From assembly GCA_965247115.1 (NCBI GenBank), contig CBDFGR010000002.1, positions 64,001-128,000 of the forward strand: a stretch of DNA of 64,000 nucleotides. The letters run 5' to 3'. Source of the stretch: Myxococcota bacterium. Lineage in GTDB: Bacteria; Myxococcota_A; UBA9160; SZUA-336. Shown here one piece after another: positions 23,156 through 32,650 of this stretch. The position numbers and the translations under genes are program-made. The notes under the pieces are model-generated. The model did no database searches. It was given only the letters and a program-made list of their open reading frames with translations, and was not told the DNA's origin. Each line of letters starts with the position of its first letter. Position 1 is the stretch's first letter.

Positions 23156-23423
23156 TCTTGCCTTTCTCCGGAACCTGATGTGATCAGGACAAGAAGATAG
23201 CACGACGCTTTTTGGTGTCTGAGGCGCTTCTGGATGCGGCGATCGGAGCACGTCGCGAGTTCCGAAACGGAATCCCGACAAACGGCGCGCAGACGAAGCA
23301 GAACGCAGTCAGAAGGCGGATATCAACTGTGAGAATCGCTCGGACCAAGTGCGGCAGAAAACCTGTCAAGGGCCGCGGCTGACTTTTTCAAAGAAAGATC
23401 TGCAACGTGGCAGTCTCTCTCTT

Positions 23424-23443
23424 AACTCTTCCCGGGAAGAGTT
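23424..23443. repeat. Perfect 20-bp palindrome AACTCTTCCCGGGAAGAGTT
   Basis: Read directly; a related copy (15/20 identical) lies at 22113-22132. Confidence 0.9.
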
Positions 23444-23542
23444 CGAACTAGGACAGGCTCGGAGCGTGGGCTTGGGATGCTCGACATTCTCGACCGCTAT
23501 TGACTAGGCTTCTACCCCTCACCATCCAGGAGGCATGTCGCC

Positions 23543-23995
23543 ATGGCCGCATCCGCCCAGTCTTCCTACGGTTTCGACGATCGCAATATTCGCTGGCACA
23601 AGTTTGGCGACTTCGATGGTTTCGTATTTGCCATGTACGACGTAGATGATGAGAGGAACATCGTCGACTTCATTCTCAAGTTCGAGTCGAATAGCGTGAT
23701 CTTCTTGCATAGACACATGGCGCACACAAACACGCTGGTCGTGCAGGGGGATCACGTGATCTATGAGCCGGATGGCAAGGCGGTCAAGGAGGTGCGGCTG
23801 ACCGGTGGCTATACGTCCAGTCCGGCCGGAGACGCCCACCGCGAGGGTGGAGGGGCCGATGGCGCTGTCGTCTACTACAGCGTTCGGGGGCACGATGATC
23901 GATTGTTCGACGTCCTCGACGATGACCTGAGCGTGACAGGCGCCCTATTCACGAAGGACTTCAGGGACGCGCTCGACGAACAGCGACAGGCCTGA
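23543..23995 (+). CDS. Cupin-fold protein (ChrR-like cupin)
   Basis: AGGAGG RBS; LHRH..TLVVQGDH and AHREGG. Confidence 0.65.
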   Translation: MAASAQSSYGFDDRNIRWHKFGDFDGFVFAMYDVDDERNIVDFILKFESNSVIFLHRHMAHTNTLVVQGDHVIYEPDGKAVKEVRLTGGYTSSPAGDAHREGGGADGAVVYYSVRGHDDRLFDVLDDDLSVTGALFTKDFRDALDEQRQA

Positions 23996-24105
23996 GGGCA
24001 CAGGGTGACGCGTGCCGAGATGACCGGTCGACGGAGTCGCGCTAGCGCGGCTCGGGGAGACTCAGCGGCCGATCGCCCCAATTCGGACTGACGTCGCCTA
24101 GGAAA

Positions 24106-24558
24106 TCAGCCGCCCGACGCCTGGCCCAGCTTGCGGTAGTCCCAGCTCACGATACGCTCGGGCACCAGCCTCAGCCAGCCGTGGGGCGTGTCAGACATGT
24201 CGAAGCTCATCTCGCCGCCGTCCATGTACTTGTCGGCGAAGAGCCGCTCCGGCTCCTCGAGCTCCGGGTTGGGCTCTCCCGCGCGAGGCACCTCCCCCAC
24301 CCGCTCGACCTTGCCGCTGAGCTCGACGCCGCGCAGCTCGCCGATGTCGTGCCCGGTGTCCACCACGACGCTCATCCTCGGGTCCCGTTCGAGATCCGTC
24401 CAGCGCTGGCTCTTCACCAGCGACATCAGCCAGATCGCCTTCCCGTTCCAGACGAACCAGAGCGGGCTCACGTGCGGCCCGCGCCCGGCGCTCACGGTGG
24501 CAACGCGGCAGATACGTTCGCCGCGCAGGAACACGTCGCGCTCCTCCGGCGTCATCAT
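24106..24558 (-). CDS. Pyridoxamine 5'-phosphate oxidase-like protein
   Basis: CRVATV..GPHVSPLWF, RDPRMSVVVD, IVSWDYRK. Confidence 0.85.
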   Translation of the reverse strand: MMTPEERDVFLRGERICRVATVSAGRGPHVSPLWFVWNGKAIWLMSLVKSQRWTDLERDPRMSVVVDTGHDIGELRGVELSGKVERVGEVPRAGEPNPELEEPERLFADKYMDGGEMSFDMSDTPHGWLRLVPERIVSWDYRKLGQASGG

Positions 24559-24612
24559 GGTTTCCTTCCCAACGCGCTGTCCGTCGGTCATGACCGGGCC
24601 CTCCCTGTACGG

Positions 24613-25368
24613 CTACGGCGCGCCGCCGTCGAGACGCAGAATCGATCCGGTGCAGAAGCTCGAGGCGGCGCTCGCGTAGTATAGCGCCGCGCCGACGATC
24701 TCGTCGGGGCGTCCTCCGCGCTGCAAGGCGTGCGTAGTCTTGACGCGCTTCTCGAATTCCTCCAGGTCCCAGGCCTTACTGATGTCGGTGAGGAAGGGGC
24801 CGCACATGATGCAGTTCACGCGCACCGTGGCCCCGAAGGCCTTGGAGTAGGCCTCGGTCATCGCGTTGAGGCCGGCCTTTGCGGCGGCGTATGGGATGAC
24901 CGTGGGCCGCGGCCGAATTGCCGCCTCGCTACTCACATTGATGATCGACCCCCCGTCTCCCTGCTGCATCCGCGTGCCGACGATCGCCGTCAGACGAAAC
25001 GGGCCCTTCAGATTGACGTCGAGGACCTTGTCGTAGAGCGCCTCGCTCACATTCACGATGTCGTCGTAGAGCGGCGACATGCCGGCGTTGTTTACCAGGA
25101 TATCGACCTTTCCGAAGCGTTCGTAAGCGGCATCGGTCAGCCCCTCGAGCTGGTCCCATTCGCCGACGTGGCAGCTGTACGGTAGGGCCTGGCGCCCGAA
25201 GCGCTCCTCCACGTCCTTCGCCAGCGCCTCGCAGTTGTCGAGCTTGCGACTGGTGATGACGACATCGGCGCCGTGCTTGGCGAAAGCGAGCACCATCTCG
25301 CGGCCCATCCCGCGACTGCCGCCGGTCACCAGCGCGACCTTGCCCGATAGATCGAACAGATCTGCCAT
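24613..25368 (-). CDS. SDR family oxidoreductase
   Basis: TGGSRGMG, NNAG, YAAAK. Confidence 0.92.
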   Translation of the reverse strand: MADLFDLSGKVALVTGGSRGMGREMVLAFAKHGADVVITSRKLDNCEALAKDVEERFGRQALPYSCHVGEWDQLEGLTDAAYERFGKVDILVNNAGMSPLYDDIVNVSEALYDKVLDVNLKGPFRLTAIVGTRMQQGDGGSIINVSSEAAIRPRPTVIPYAAAKAGLNAMTEAYSKAFGATVRVNCIMCGPFLTDISKAWDLEEFEKRVKTTHALQRGGRPDEIVGAALYYASAASSFCTGSILRLDGGAP

Positions 25369-25456
25369 GCATCCTCCTCGTGTATATCGATCATACCCGC
25401 AACCCCTGGGCTTCCATGTGGCACGCTCAGGCGCGCGGTCAACTCAGCGGGAGCGG

Positions 25457-26263
25457 CTAGCTCTCGACGAACTCTCGTCCTGCCGCGGCGCCTCCGTCGA
25501 CGGAATACACGCTTCCCGTGGCGAATGGAGCCGCATCTGACGCCATGAACATCACGGCGCGCGCGATCTCCTCCGCACGGCCGATGCGCCTCATCGGGAT
25601 CGTCGAGGCGATCGCAGCCACCCTCTCGTCGCGGCTGAGTCCCAGGCCGGCGTAGACGCTCTCCTGTATCGGCGTGTCGATGTCGCCTGGGCAGATCACG
25701 CTGACTCGAATGTTCTGTTCTGCTGTTTCGAGGGCCATCACCCGGGTCAGGTGGATGATGCCGGCTTTGGCCGCACCGTAAGCTCCGAAGCCCCGATACC
25801 CCTGGAGCCCCGCGTCCGAGGCCATGTTGACGATCGAGCCGCCCGAACCATGCTTCTTCATCACGCGCAGTACGGCCCGGGCCATGTAAAAGGTCGCGTG
25901 GAGGCTGGTGTCGATCACGAGGTGCCAGTCGGCGTCCGTGAACTCATCAATCGGCCCCGCGCGGCCGACGCCCGCGTTGTTGAAGAAGATGTCGATGCGC
26001 CCGAAGCTATTGACCGTCTGGGCCACGACAGCATCACACGCCTCGGAGCTTCGCAGATCCGCGAGCACCAGGTCCGCCTTGCCCCCCGCTTTGGCGATCT
26101 CGTCCCGCACCGCCTCTCCGCGCTTGCGGTCCCGGCCGGTCAGCATCACCGCGGCGCCGTGCGCAGCGAACTCCCGTGCGGTCTCGGCTCCGAGACCCGA
26201 GGTGGCTCCGGTCACGAGAACCACTTTGTCCGCGAATGCGTCCTGCTTGAAGATGTCTTCCAT
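25457..26263 (-). CDS. SDR family oxidoreductase
   Basis: TGATSGLG, NNAG, YGAAK; the real start is probably ATG 26263. Confidence 0.88.
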   Translation of the reverse strand: MEDIFKQDAFADKVVLVTGATSGLGAETAREFAAHGAAVMLTGRDRKRGEAVRDEIAKAGGKADLVLADLRSSEACDAVVAQTVNSFGRIDIFFNNAGVGRAGPIDEFTDADWHLVIDTSLHATFYMARAVLRVMKKHGSGGSIVNMASDAGLQGYRGFGAYGAAKAGIIHLTRVMALETAEQNIRVSVICPGDIDTPIQESVYAGLGLSRDERVAAIASTIPMRRIGRAEEIARAVMFMASDAAPFATGSVYSVDGGAAAGREFVES

Positions 26264-26289
26264 CGTGGTGGTCTCTGGTAGCTCCCTGC

Positions 26290-27171
26290 CTAGCTCTCGG
26301 GGGGTTTGTATCCGCTGTGTTCGAGAGCACCCTTCACGGTGTGCAGCCGCGGAAACCGCTCTCTGAGTGCGTCGATGTCGATTTCGGGCCAGCCGGTGTC
26401 TCGCATGAAGGCGAACAGCGGCATGACAGCCTCCCCGAAAGCCTCGACCGGTACTTCCTGTGCCGACATCGGACGGCCGTTGTGATCCGCAAACGCTGCC
26501 GCGAGCTCGGAGGGTGTCAGAGCATCGCCCGCAAGCTCGAGAGTCTGTCCGAACCAAGGCGCACCTTCACTGAACACTTGAGCTGCGATCATGCCGAGGT
26601 CGTCGATGTAGATGTACTGCTGCTTCACGCGGTTGCTCGGGTCGAAGCCGGGGTAGCCGATCGTCGATGCGGTGGCTGCGCCGAAGCCGTCCGAAAAGAA
26701 ATTTTCAACGAAGAACGCCGGGCGCAGAATCGTGAAAGGCACGTTGCTCGCGTGCAGGTGCCCCTCGATCTCGATCTTCGTCGCGACATCTGGCAGATGG
26801 GCTGGCTTCAGCCCAGCCACGCTCGTGTACACGAGATGCTTTACCTCGTGTTTCTCACACAGATCGACCACACGCTTTCCCTGATCCACCTCCTTGGTGT
26901 TGCCCTCCTCCGTGTAATCGTTCACCTGCACGGAGAACACCCCGAAGAGGGGCGCGTACGCAGAAAAGACGGCGTCCAGCGACTCCGTGCTGTCTGCGTC
27001 ACACTGGGCGAGCTCGACATTGGCGAGCTCTGCCACCCTCTGCGCCTTCTTGGCTCCCGGGTTGCGGGTGATGGCAATGCTTCGGAAGCCGCCCGAGGCG
27101 CTCAGGTGCCGGCACACGGCGCCGCCCTGTGTTCCTGTCGCCCCAAGCACCAGAACCGTGCGCAGATCCAT
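26290..27171 (-). CDS. NmrA family NAD(P)-binding protein
   Basis: GATGTQGGAV, HLVYTSV, LRPAFFVEN. Confidence 0.9.
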   Translation of the reverse strand: MDLRTVLVLGATGTQGGAVCRHLSASGGFRSIAITRNPGAKKAQRVAELANVELAQCDADSTESLDAVFSAYAPLFGVFSVQVNDYTEEGNTKEVDQGKRVVDLCEKHEVKHLVYTSVAGLKPAHLPDVATKIEIEGHLHASNVPFTILRPAFFVENFFSDGFGAATASTIGYPGFDPSNRVKQQYIYIDDLGMIAAQVFSEGAPWFGQTLELAGDALTPSELAAAFADHNGRPMSAQEVPVEAFGEAVMPLFAFMRDTGWPEIDIDALRERFPRLHTVKGALEHSGYKPPES

Positions 27172-27265
27172 GTGAGCCTCCCTCCTTTCCCATCATACCC
27201 GACCGAAAAAGGGGACGAGTCCTGGTAGTTGACCTTACCTCACGGCTACTGCAATCCTGAGCCCT

Positions 27266-27460
27266 ATGTTCCCGGGCCCCACAGAGCTCATCATCATCTT
27301 GGTGATCGTGATTGTTATCTTCGGCGCCACCAGGCTGCCGCAGATTGGCGAAGGCCTCGGCAAGGGCATCCGAAACCTCCGCGTCGGCATAAAGGAGGCG
27401 CAGGAGATTGATGTCACGCCGACCGACGATCAGGAGGATGAGGCCGAGCCGAAGAGTTGA
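27266..27460 (+). CDS. tatA: Twin-arginine translocase TatA/TatE subunit
   Basis: [31 protein letters not shown]. Confidence 0.92.
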   Translation: MFPGPTELIIILVIVIVIFGATRLPQIGEGLGKGIRNLRVGIKEAQEIDVTPTDDQEDEAEPKS

Positions 27461-27556
27461 GCGAACAGTCCCTCGAAGTCGCCACCTTGTCACAAGCCCC
27501 ACCCTCGTGTAGATATGCGAGAGAGTCCGGCTACGAACCTGTTAGGGGGATCCGCC

Positions 27557-28501
27557 ATGGGTGCATCCATTGCGAGCTTCAGCCGAGACGACAAGGCAGC
27601 AGATGTAGCGGCGGCGCTTCGACGAGACGGAGTGGCCATCGTGCGAGAGCTGGTCGCGCCCGAGGTCATGGACGTGCTCACCGGGAAGCTGGCGCCCGAG
27701 CTCGAGGAGAAGGAGCCCGGAGGCGGTCCGAGCTTTGGCGGCCGGATGAAATCTACCTTCCGACTCTTTGCGCGCGGGAGCGAGTTCAGCGAGCAGATGC
27801 TGCTGAATCCGCTCTTGCTCGAGGTGACCGACGCCATCCTGCTTCCCGAGTACCCCATGGCCCCGTCCGCAGGGGCTCTGACGAGACCGCCGAAGCGGGA
27901 TTCCTCCGCTTCGGAGGACGTCATCCCGGAACTGGCGGTAACCAGGGATCCGATCCTGGGCCCCAACTGCCACCACTACCGGGTGAACGTCGGAGGCGCG
28001 CTGCAGGTCTGGGGAGGTGGAACGGCGCAGCCCCTGCACCGCGAGATGGATATCTACCGCCCCTTCCTGGAGCACAATCCCGAGCAGCCAGAATACATCG
28101 TGGCCATGAACTGGGCGGGCACCGACTTCACGCTCGACAACGGTGCCACCCGGCTGGTTCCGGGGAGCCACCGCTGGCCCCAGGGGCGCAAGGCGGAGGA
28201 GCACGAGGTGGCTCAGGCACTGATGCCCAAGGGCTCGGTCGTCTTCTGGCTGGGCAGCGTGCTGCACGGGCTCGGGGCGAGCCGAAGCGACGAGGCGCGC
28301 ACCGGGATCATCTTCACGATGGTCGTGAACTGGCTCGCCACGGAGGAGAACCAATACCTGGCGGTGCCGCCGGAGATCGCGCGGACCCTGACCGAGCGGG
28401 CGCAGCAGCTGCTCGGCTACCGGTCGAGCGCCACTCTTGGCTGGGTTCCCGGCCTCGACAGTGAAAACATGCTGGTCGTCGGCAAGAGCGGTCCGCCGTA
28501 G
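27557..28501 (+). CDS. Phytanoyl-CoA dioxygenase (PhyH) family protein
   Basis: QPLHRE, DFTLDNGATRLVPGSH, LHGLG, EENQYL; paralogue of 15705-16691. Confidence 0.85.
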   Translation: MGASIASFSRDDKAADVAAALRRDGVAIVRELVAPEVMDVLTGKLAPELEEKEPGGGPSFGGRMKSTFRLFARGSEFSEQMLLNPLLLEVTDAILLPEYPMAPSAGALTRPPKRDSSASEDVIPELAVTRDPILGPNCHHYRVNVGGALQVWGGGTAQPLHREMDIYRPFLEHNPEQPEYIVAMNWAGTDFTLDNGATRLVPGSHRWPQGRKAEEHEVAQALMPKGSVVFWLGSVLHGLGASRSDEARTGIIFTMVVNWLATEENQYLAVPPEIARTLTERAQQLLGYRSSATLGWVPGLDSENMLVVGKSGPP

Positions 28502-28514
28502 CGGTCGCTCGGAT

Positions 28515-29336
28515 TCACTCGTCCCGGTAGTCGGGCTTCTTCGTGTCGGCCCAGGCCTGTACAGCCGCAGCAGCGTCCTTGGTCCGGGTCGCCAGGATCT
28601 GGTTGCGATTCTCGATGTGCAGAGCCGTCTCGAGCGACAGGCCACCCTGCACCTGGTCGATGACCTCCTTGGTGATGCGCAGCCCGAAAGGCGTCGAGAA
28701 CACAATCATCTCCTGCGCCAGGTCGAGCGCGGCGTCCAGTAGTCGCTCCCGCTCCACAATGCGACTCACCAGTCCGATCTCGCGCGCCTCCGTCGCGTCG
28801 ATCAGTCGGCCCGTGTACATGAGCTCGGCGGCCATGGCGGATCCCACCAGCTTGGGCAGGAAGTAGCTGCTGCCCATCTCGCCGCCACCGAGACCAATTC
28901 GCGTGAAGGCGCAATTGAAGCGGGCCTCTGGCGCGGCGATGCGCAGATCACAGGCCAAAGCGATCGAGAGTCCCCCACCCGCCGCCGCGCCGTTCACGGC
29001 CGCGATCAGAGGCTGCGCGATCTTCCGCATCTTGGCCACGAGCCCCGCGTAACCCTGCTGCATGCGGTATTGCATCTGCAGTGGGCCGAGGCCGTCTTCC
29101 CAGGGGCCGTTCTCGCCCGAAGCACCCGCCCTGAGGTCCGCGCCGGAGCAGAACCCGCGCCCTGCCCCCGTCACGATGACGACTCGCGTGTCGAGCTCTC
29201 CGCCGAGCTCATCGAATGCGCTATGGAGGTCGCGCAACAGCTGATACGAGAGGGCGTTCAGCCGTTCGGGCCGATCCAGGGTGACGACGGCGATGTGATC
29301 ACGAGGCCTCTCAATCCTGACGTATTTCAGTGTCAC
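28515..29336 (-). CDS. Enoyl-CoA hydratase/isomerase
   Basis: LDRPERLNAL, FCSGAD, AVNGAAAGGG. Confidence 0.92.
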   Translation of the reverse strand: MTLKYVRIERPRDHIAVVTLDRPERLNALSYQLLRDLHSAFDELGGELDTRVVIVTGAGRGFCSGADLRAGASGENGPWEDGLGPLQMQYRMQQGYAGLVAKMRKIAQPLIAAVNGAAAGGGLSIALACDLRIAAPEARFNCAFTRIGLGGGEMGSSYFLPKLVGSAMAAELMYTGRLIDATEAREIGLVSRIVERERLLDAALDLAQEMIVFSTPFGLRITKEVIDQVQGGLSLETALHIENRNQILATRTKDAAAAVQAWADTKKPDYRDE

Positions 29337-29527
29337 CTTTTTGATCCTCGGCTTGGACTCGTTCGCGGTCGTCGTCTATCGTAACGACTCCCGATCTCCA
29401 GCCCGGGGGCCGCGCCGAGTGGACGCCCCCTCTGGACCAGTTTAGACTGGCCGACGGCTCCCTACATGGCCGCGTCACGACGACGATCTTCGCGGGCGAG
29501 CCGCAAACCAAGAAGGAGACCGAGAAG

Positions 29528-30025
29528 ATGAAGCACAGAACCACTCGCAGCGTGCACGCGTCGCAGCTCGCAATCGTGATGGCCGTCTCGCTCCTGGTCG
29601 GTGGGCCGGCGCCGGCCGCTGAGCCCGGCAGCGAGACACAGATGAAGGGGCTGGAGCAGCTCTATACCGATTTCGGAGTCTCCGCGGCGGTGCGCGCGGG
29701 CGACTTCCTCTACATCGGTGGCATCGTTGCCCTGGACGGCGACGGGGGCGTGATGGGTCCCTACGATGGCAAGAAGCAGTTCGAGGTCGTCTACGCGCGT
29801 ATCAATGAGCTGCTCAAGGCTCACGGGGCCACCGCGAAGAACGTCATCAGCGAGACCATGTACATCACCGGGTGGCAGTTCATAGCTGCGGGGGGCAACA
29901 TTCGCAGGGCCTTCTACGTCGACGCCAAGGCCGCCTTTCCGACGGCCGCCGGCGTCCAGGTCGTCGCGCTCGCAGATCCCGCGCTCGTCCTCGAGGTCGA
30001 GATCGTAGCCTACCTGGGCGATTAG
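29528..30025 (+). CDS. Rid (YjgF/YER057c/UK114) family protein with N-terminal signal peptide
   Basis: AAVRAGDFLYIGG and LVLEVEIVA; basic-hydrophobic-APA leader; AAGGAG RBS. Confidence 0.8.
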   Translation: MKHRTTRSVHASQLAIVMAVSLLVGGPAPAAEPGSETQMKGLEQLYTDFGVSAAVRAGDFLYIGGIVALDGDGGVMGPYDGKKQFEVVYARINELLKAHGATAKNVISETMYITGWQFIAAGGNIRRAFYVDAKAAFPTAAGVQVVALADPALVLEVEIVAYLGD

Positions 30026-30488
30026 GAGCCACGATCTCGAGCGCGCGGCGGGGGTTCGCAGAGACACCCTCGCGCTCAATCTGGCCAGTGATCGGTCGAT
30101 GGTGAGTGCCGTGTGCCGACGCCCGATGACGGAGATCAATCAGACTGCGCGATCACAAGTGCACAACCTCCGCTTTCAGGCCATACAAGATGAAGAGAAC
30201 CTCCTGCTTCTCCCTCTCGCCGATTCCGTTCTTGTCAAGCGCCGCCATTGCGTCATCGAGCGCCGCCACGAACTCCCCCTCATCGATGTTCATCCCCCTG
30301 TGCGCCGTCAACATGTCCTTCCCTTCGTAGACACTCGGACCACCAGAGCCGGTGATGAAGAACGTGGCAACCGCGTTCTTCACAGCTGGAACGTCACTGT
30401 CCGCGTAACGCGGAGAAATTCGGGGGTTGTCCAGATGGAACTCCACGATGTCGCTCGCGATTGCCGTGATGCCGTCGGTCCCACCTAG

Positions 30489-31763
30489 CAGGCTGCGGAG
30501 AAAGTGACTGGTTGAGGGGTGGTCCTTCCGACGAGGGGGTTCACCGGCCGAGGGGCGGGGCGCGATTCCCGGTTCGAACCGGTCTTGGGCTCCGCTGATC
30601 GCGGGGCGGTTTCACACATGACCTACGTGGCCTCCAGCAGCTTGCGGATCCGGATCAGGTTGTAGGCTGCGGCCGTGAAGGTGAAGACCCAGCCGACCCG
30701 ATCCGTGCCGCGGTGTCGGGTCTTGCGCATCAGCCCCACGGTCTTCATCCAGCCGAAGACCTCTTCCACCCGTTTGCGAAAACGCTGACTCAGTTCGTAG
30801 CCCCGGTGGCGCGTCGTCCGCCCGTCGATCGCGCTGCGTCGATTCGTCGTGTTCTGCGCCACGTGTGGGGTCACGCCCAACTCTCGAAGCTCTTCCACGA
30901 ACCCCTTCGTGTCGAAGCCCTTGTCTCCGCCCAATGTCCTCCGACGCCCGCCTCCCAGACCTTCCACCATCTCGAGCGCCGCTTCGCGCTCCGCATATCC
31001 CGACGCCTGCGTGAGCTTCGCCGCGACCACCAAGCCGTTCCGGTTCTCCGTCACCACGTGTCCCTGGTACGCGAGTCGGGCGCCTTGGCCTCTCATACCG
31101 GCGAGTCGTGCGTCGGGATCCGTCGTCGACGCATGCGTCTGGTTGCTCCGCTTCTCGCCTCGGAAGTTCACCGTCGGGTTGCCCGGGTCATCGTCGTCTC
31201 TCCGTTCCTCGTCCTTCCGTACGAAGCTCTTCTGGCTCGCCCACGCCTCGATCAGCGTCCCGTCTACCGTGAAGTGCTCCAACGACACCCATCCCTCGGT
31301 CTCGGCCTGCTCCAGCACTGCGTCGAAGAAGTGCTCGGCAATCTCGCCCTTGAGCAGCCGGTCTCGGTTCTTCGTGAACACCGTGGCGCTGAACACCACC
31401 TCGTCAAGCTCCAGACCCACGAACCAGCGATACAGCAGGTTGTACTCCAGCTGCTCCACCAGCTGCCGCTCGCTCCGGATGGTGTAGAGCACCTGCAGCA
31501 GCAGGGCGCGCAGCAGCTGCTCCGGGGGCACGGACGGGCGCCCTACGCCTCTGGCGTAGATCGCGTCGAAGCGCGGCGATAGCCGCTGCAGCGCCGTGTC
31601 GACCATGCGCCGCATCGCTCGAAGCGGATGATCATCCGGAATCCGCGACTCCAGCGACACGTAGCTGAACATCCCGCCCTGAAGCGTCCCCTGTCCTCTC
31701 ACGCCTCCCCCTTTGGGGCTCGCTCCCAAGGTACCCTTCGATGAGGAGTTTTTCAGCAGCCTG
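30489..31763 (-). mobile_element. IS5-family insertion sequence, 1275 bp
   Basis: Terminal IRs CAGGCTGCGGAGAAA / CAGGCTGCTGAAAAA (13/15 match); CTAG duplicated at 30485-30488 and 31764-31767; contains a transposase. Confidence 0.93.
30623..31702 (-). CDS. IS5-family DDE transposase
   Basis: GRPSVPPEQLLRALLLQ, FTVDGTLIEAWAS, GDKGFD, RKRVEEVFGW; GGGGAGG RBS before GTG 31702. Confidence 0.93.
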   Translation of the reverse strand: MRGQGTLQGGMFSYVSLESRIPDDHPLRAMRRMVDTALQRLSPRFDAIYARGVGRPSVPPEQLLRALLLQVLYTIRSERQLVEQLEYNLLYRWFVGLELDEVVFSATVFTKNRDRLLKGEIAEHFFDAVLEQAETEGWVSLEHFTVDGTLIEAWASQKSFVRKDEERRDDDDPGNPTVNFRGEKRSNQTHASTTDPDARLAGMRGQGARLAYQGHVVTENRNGLVVAAKLTQASGYAEREAALEMVEGLGGGRRRTLGGDKGFDTKGFVEELRELGVTPHVAQNTTNRRSAIDGRTTRHRGYELSQRFRKRVEEVFGWMKTVGLMRKTRHRGTDRVGWVFTFTAAAYNLIRIRKLLEAT

Positions 31764-31795
31764 CTAGGCGTTCATAGAGGCTGGACATGGAGCAC

Positions 31796-32650
31796 CTAGG
31801 CCTGTTCGATCCGAAGGAGTGACCCGAAGGTGGATGTCCGGTCGACTTCCAGAACTTCCGGTGAGTCGGCAGAGACGCCGACCTTGAGTCCTCGCTCTGC
31901 CAGGAGCTTTGCCGCGGTCCGGAGGTCGCGCGACTGCAGGACCAGGGCGAACATGCCCTCCCGGTTGTTGTCCAGGAAATCCAGGATGGATCTCGCGAAC
32001 GGTCGGTCGCGATCGATGACCGACACCAGCTCTATCGCCCCACCAGATGGCGGGTTGCAGATCGCGCAGCGTACACCCCGGTCGGCGTCGACCGACGGTT
32101 CGTCGATATCCATGGCGAACTTGTAGCCATATGCGGTTGCAGCGTCATCCAGATCGCGCACGGCGATGATCACTCGTGCGATTCCAGACAATCCTGGAGA
32201 GTTGGAATCATCTGCGGGGTCTCGGTCCGGCGATCTCTTGAAGGAGTCCACGGGGTAGACCCGGATCAGGACGCCATGAGTCGAGTTGGGGTGAACGTCT
32301 CGACCACCGGCGCCGGGCATGAGTGGAAGAACATTCAGTCCGCGGCCGGAAAGATCCACGGCTTCAGCGTTCGGATCCGGGGCTTCCAGCATGAGTGCGA
32401 AAAGGCCCTCGCCCCGGCGGTCCAGAAAGCGTTGCAGGCTCTGGCTGAGAGGCGCAGCTGGGTCCGCGGGCGACATGAGCTCAATGTTGCTCCCGCCCTC
32501 GGGCACACACATCGCCACCTTTGCCCCAAGGCTGGCGACGCTACTTTCGGACGCGTCGATGACTGGCATTCCCAGCTTGTCCCTGAAGGTGGCAACGGTC
32601 GTTGGAAAATCGTTGACAGCAACTGCGATACGCGGCATGCCCGTGATCAC
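31796..32650 (-). CDS. Two-domain VOC family protein (methylmalonyl-CoA epimerase-like)
   Basis: RIAVAV..IELMSP..FLDRRGEGLFAL pattern repeated twice; overlaps the RND stop. Confidence 0.75.
   Translation of the reverse strand: MITGMPRIAVAVNDFPTTVATFRDKLGMPVIDASESSVASLGAKVAMCVPEGGSNIELMSPADPAAPLSQSLQRFLDRRGEGLFALMLEAPDPNAEAVDLSGRGLNVLPLMPGAGGRDVHPNSTHGVLIRVYPVDSFKRSPDRDPADDSNSPGLSGIARVIIAVRDLDDAATAYGYKFAMDIDEPSVDADRGVRCAICNPPSGGAIELVSVIDRDRPFARSILDFLDNNREGMFALVLQSRDLRTAAKLLAERGLKVGVSADSPEVLEVDRTSTFGSLLRIEQA

Larger units (their letters stand above)
30153..31788 (-). pseudogene. Group 1 truncated haemoglobin interrupted by an IS5-family element
   Basis: 5' piece 31788-31764 encodes MSSLYERL; 3' piece from 30485 continues GGTDGITAIASDIV..GSGGPSVYEGKDMLTAHRGMNI. 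Confidence 0.9.
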
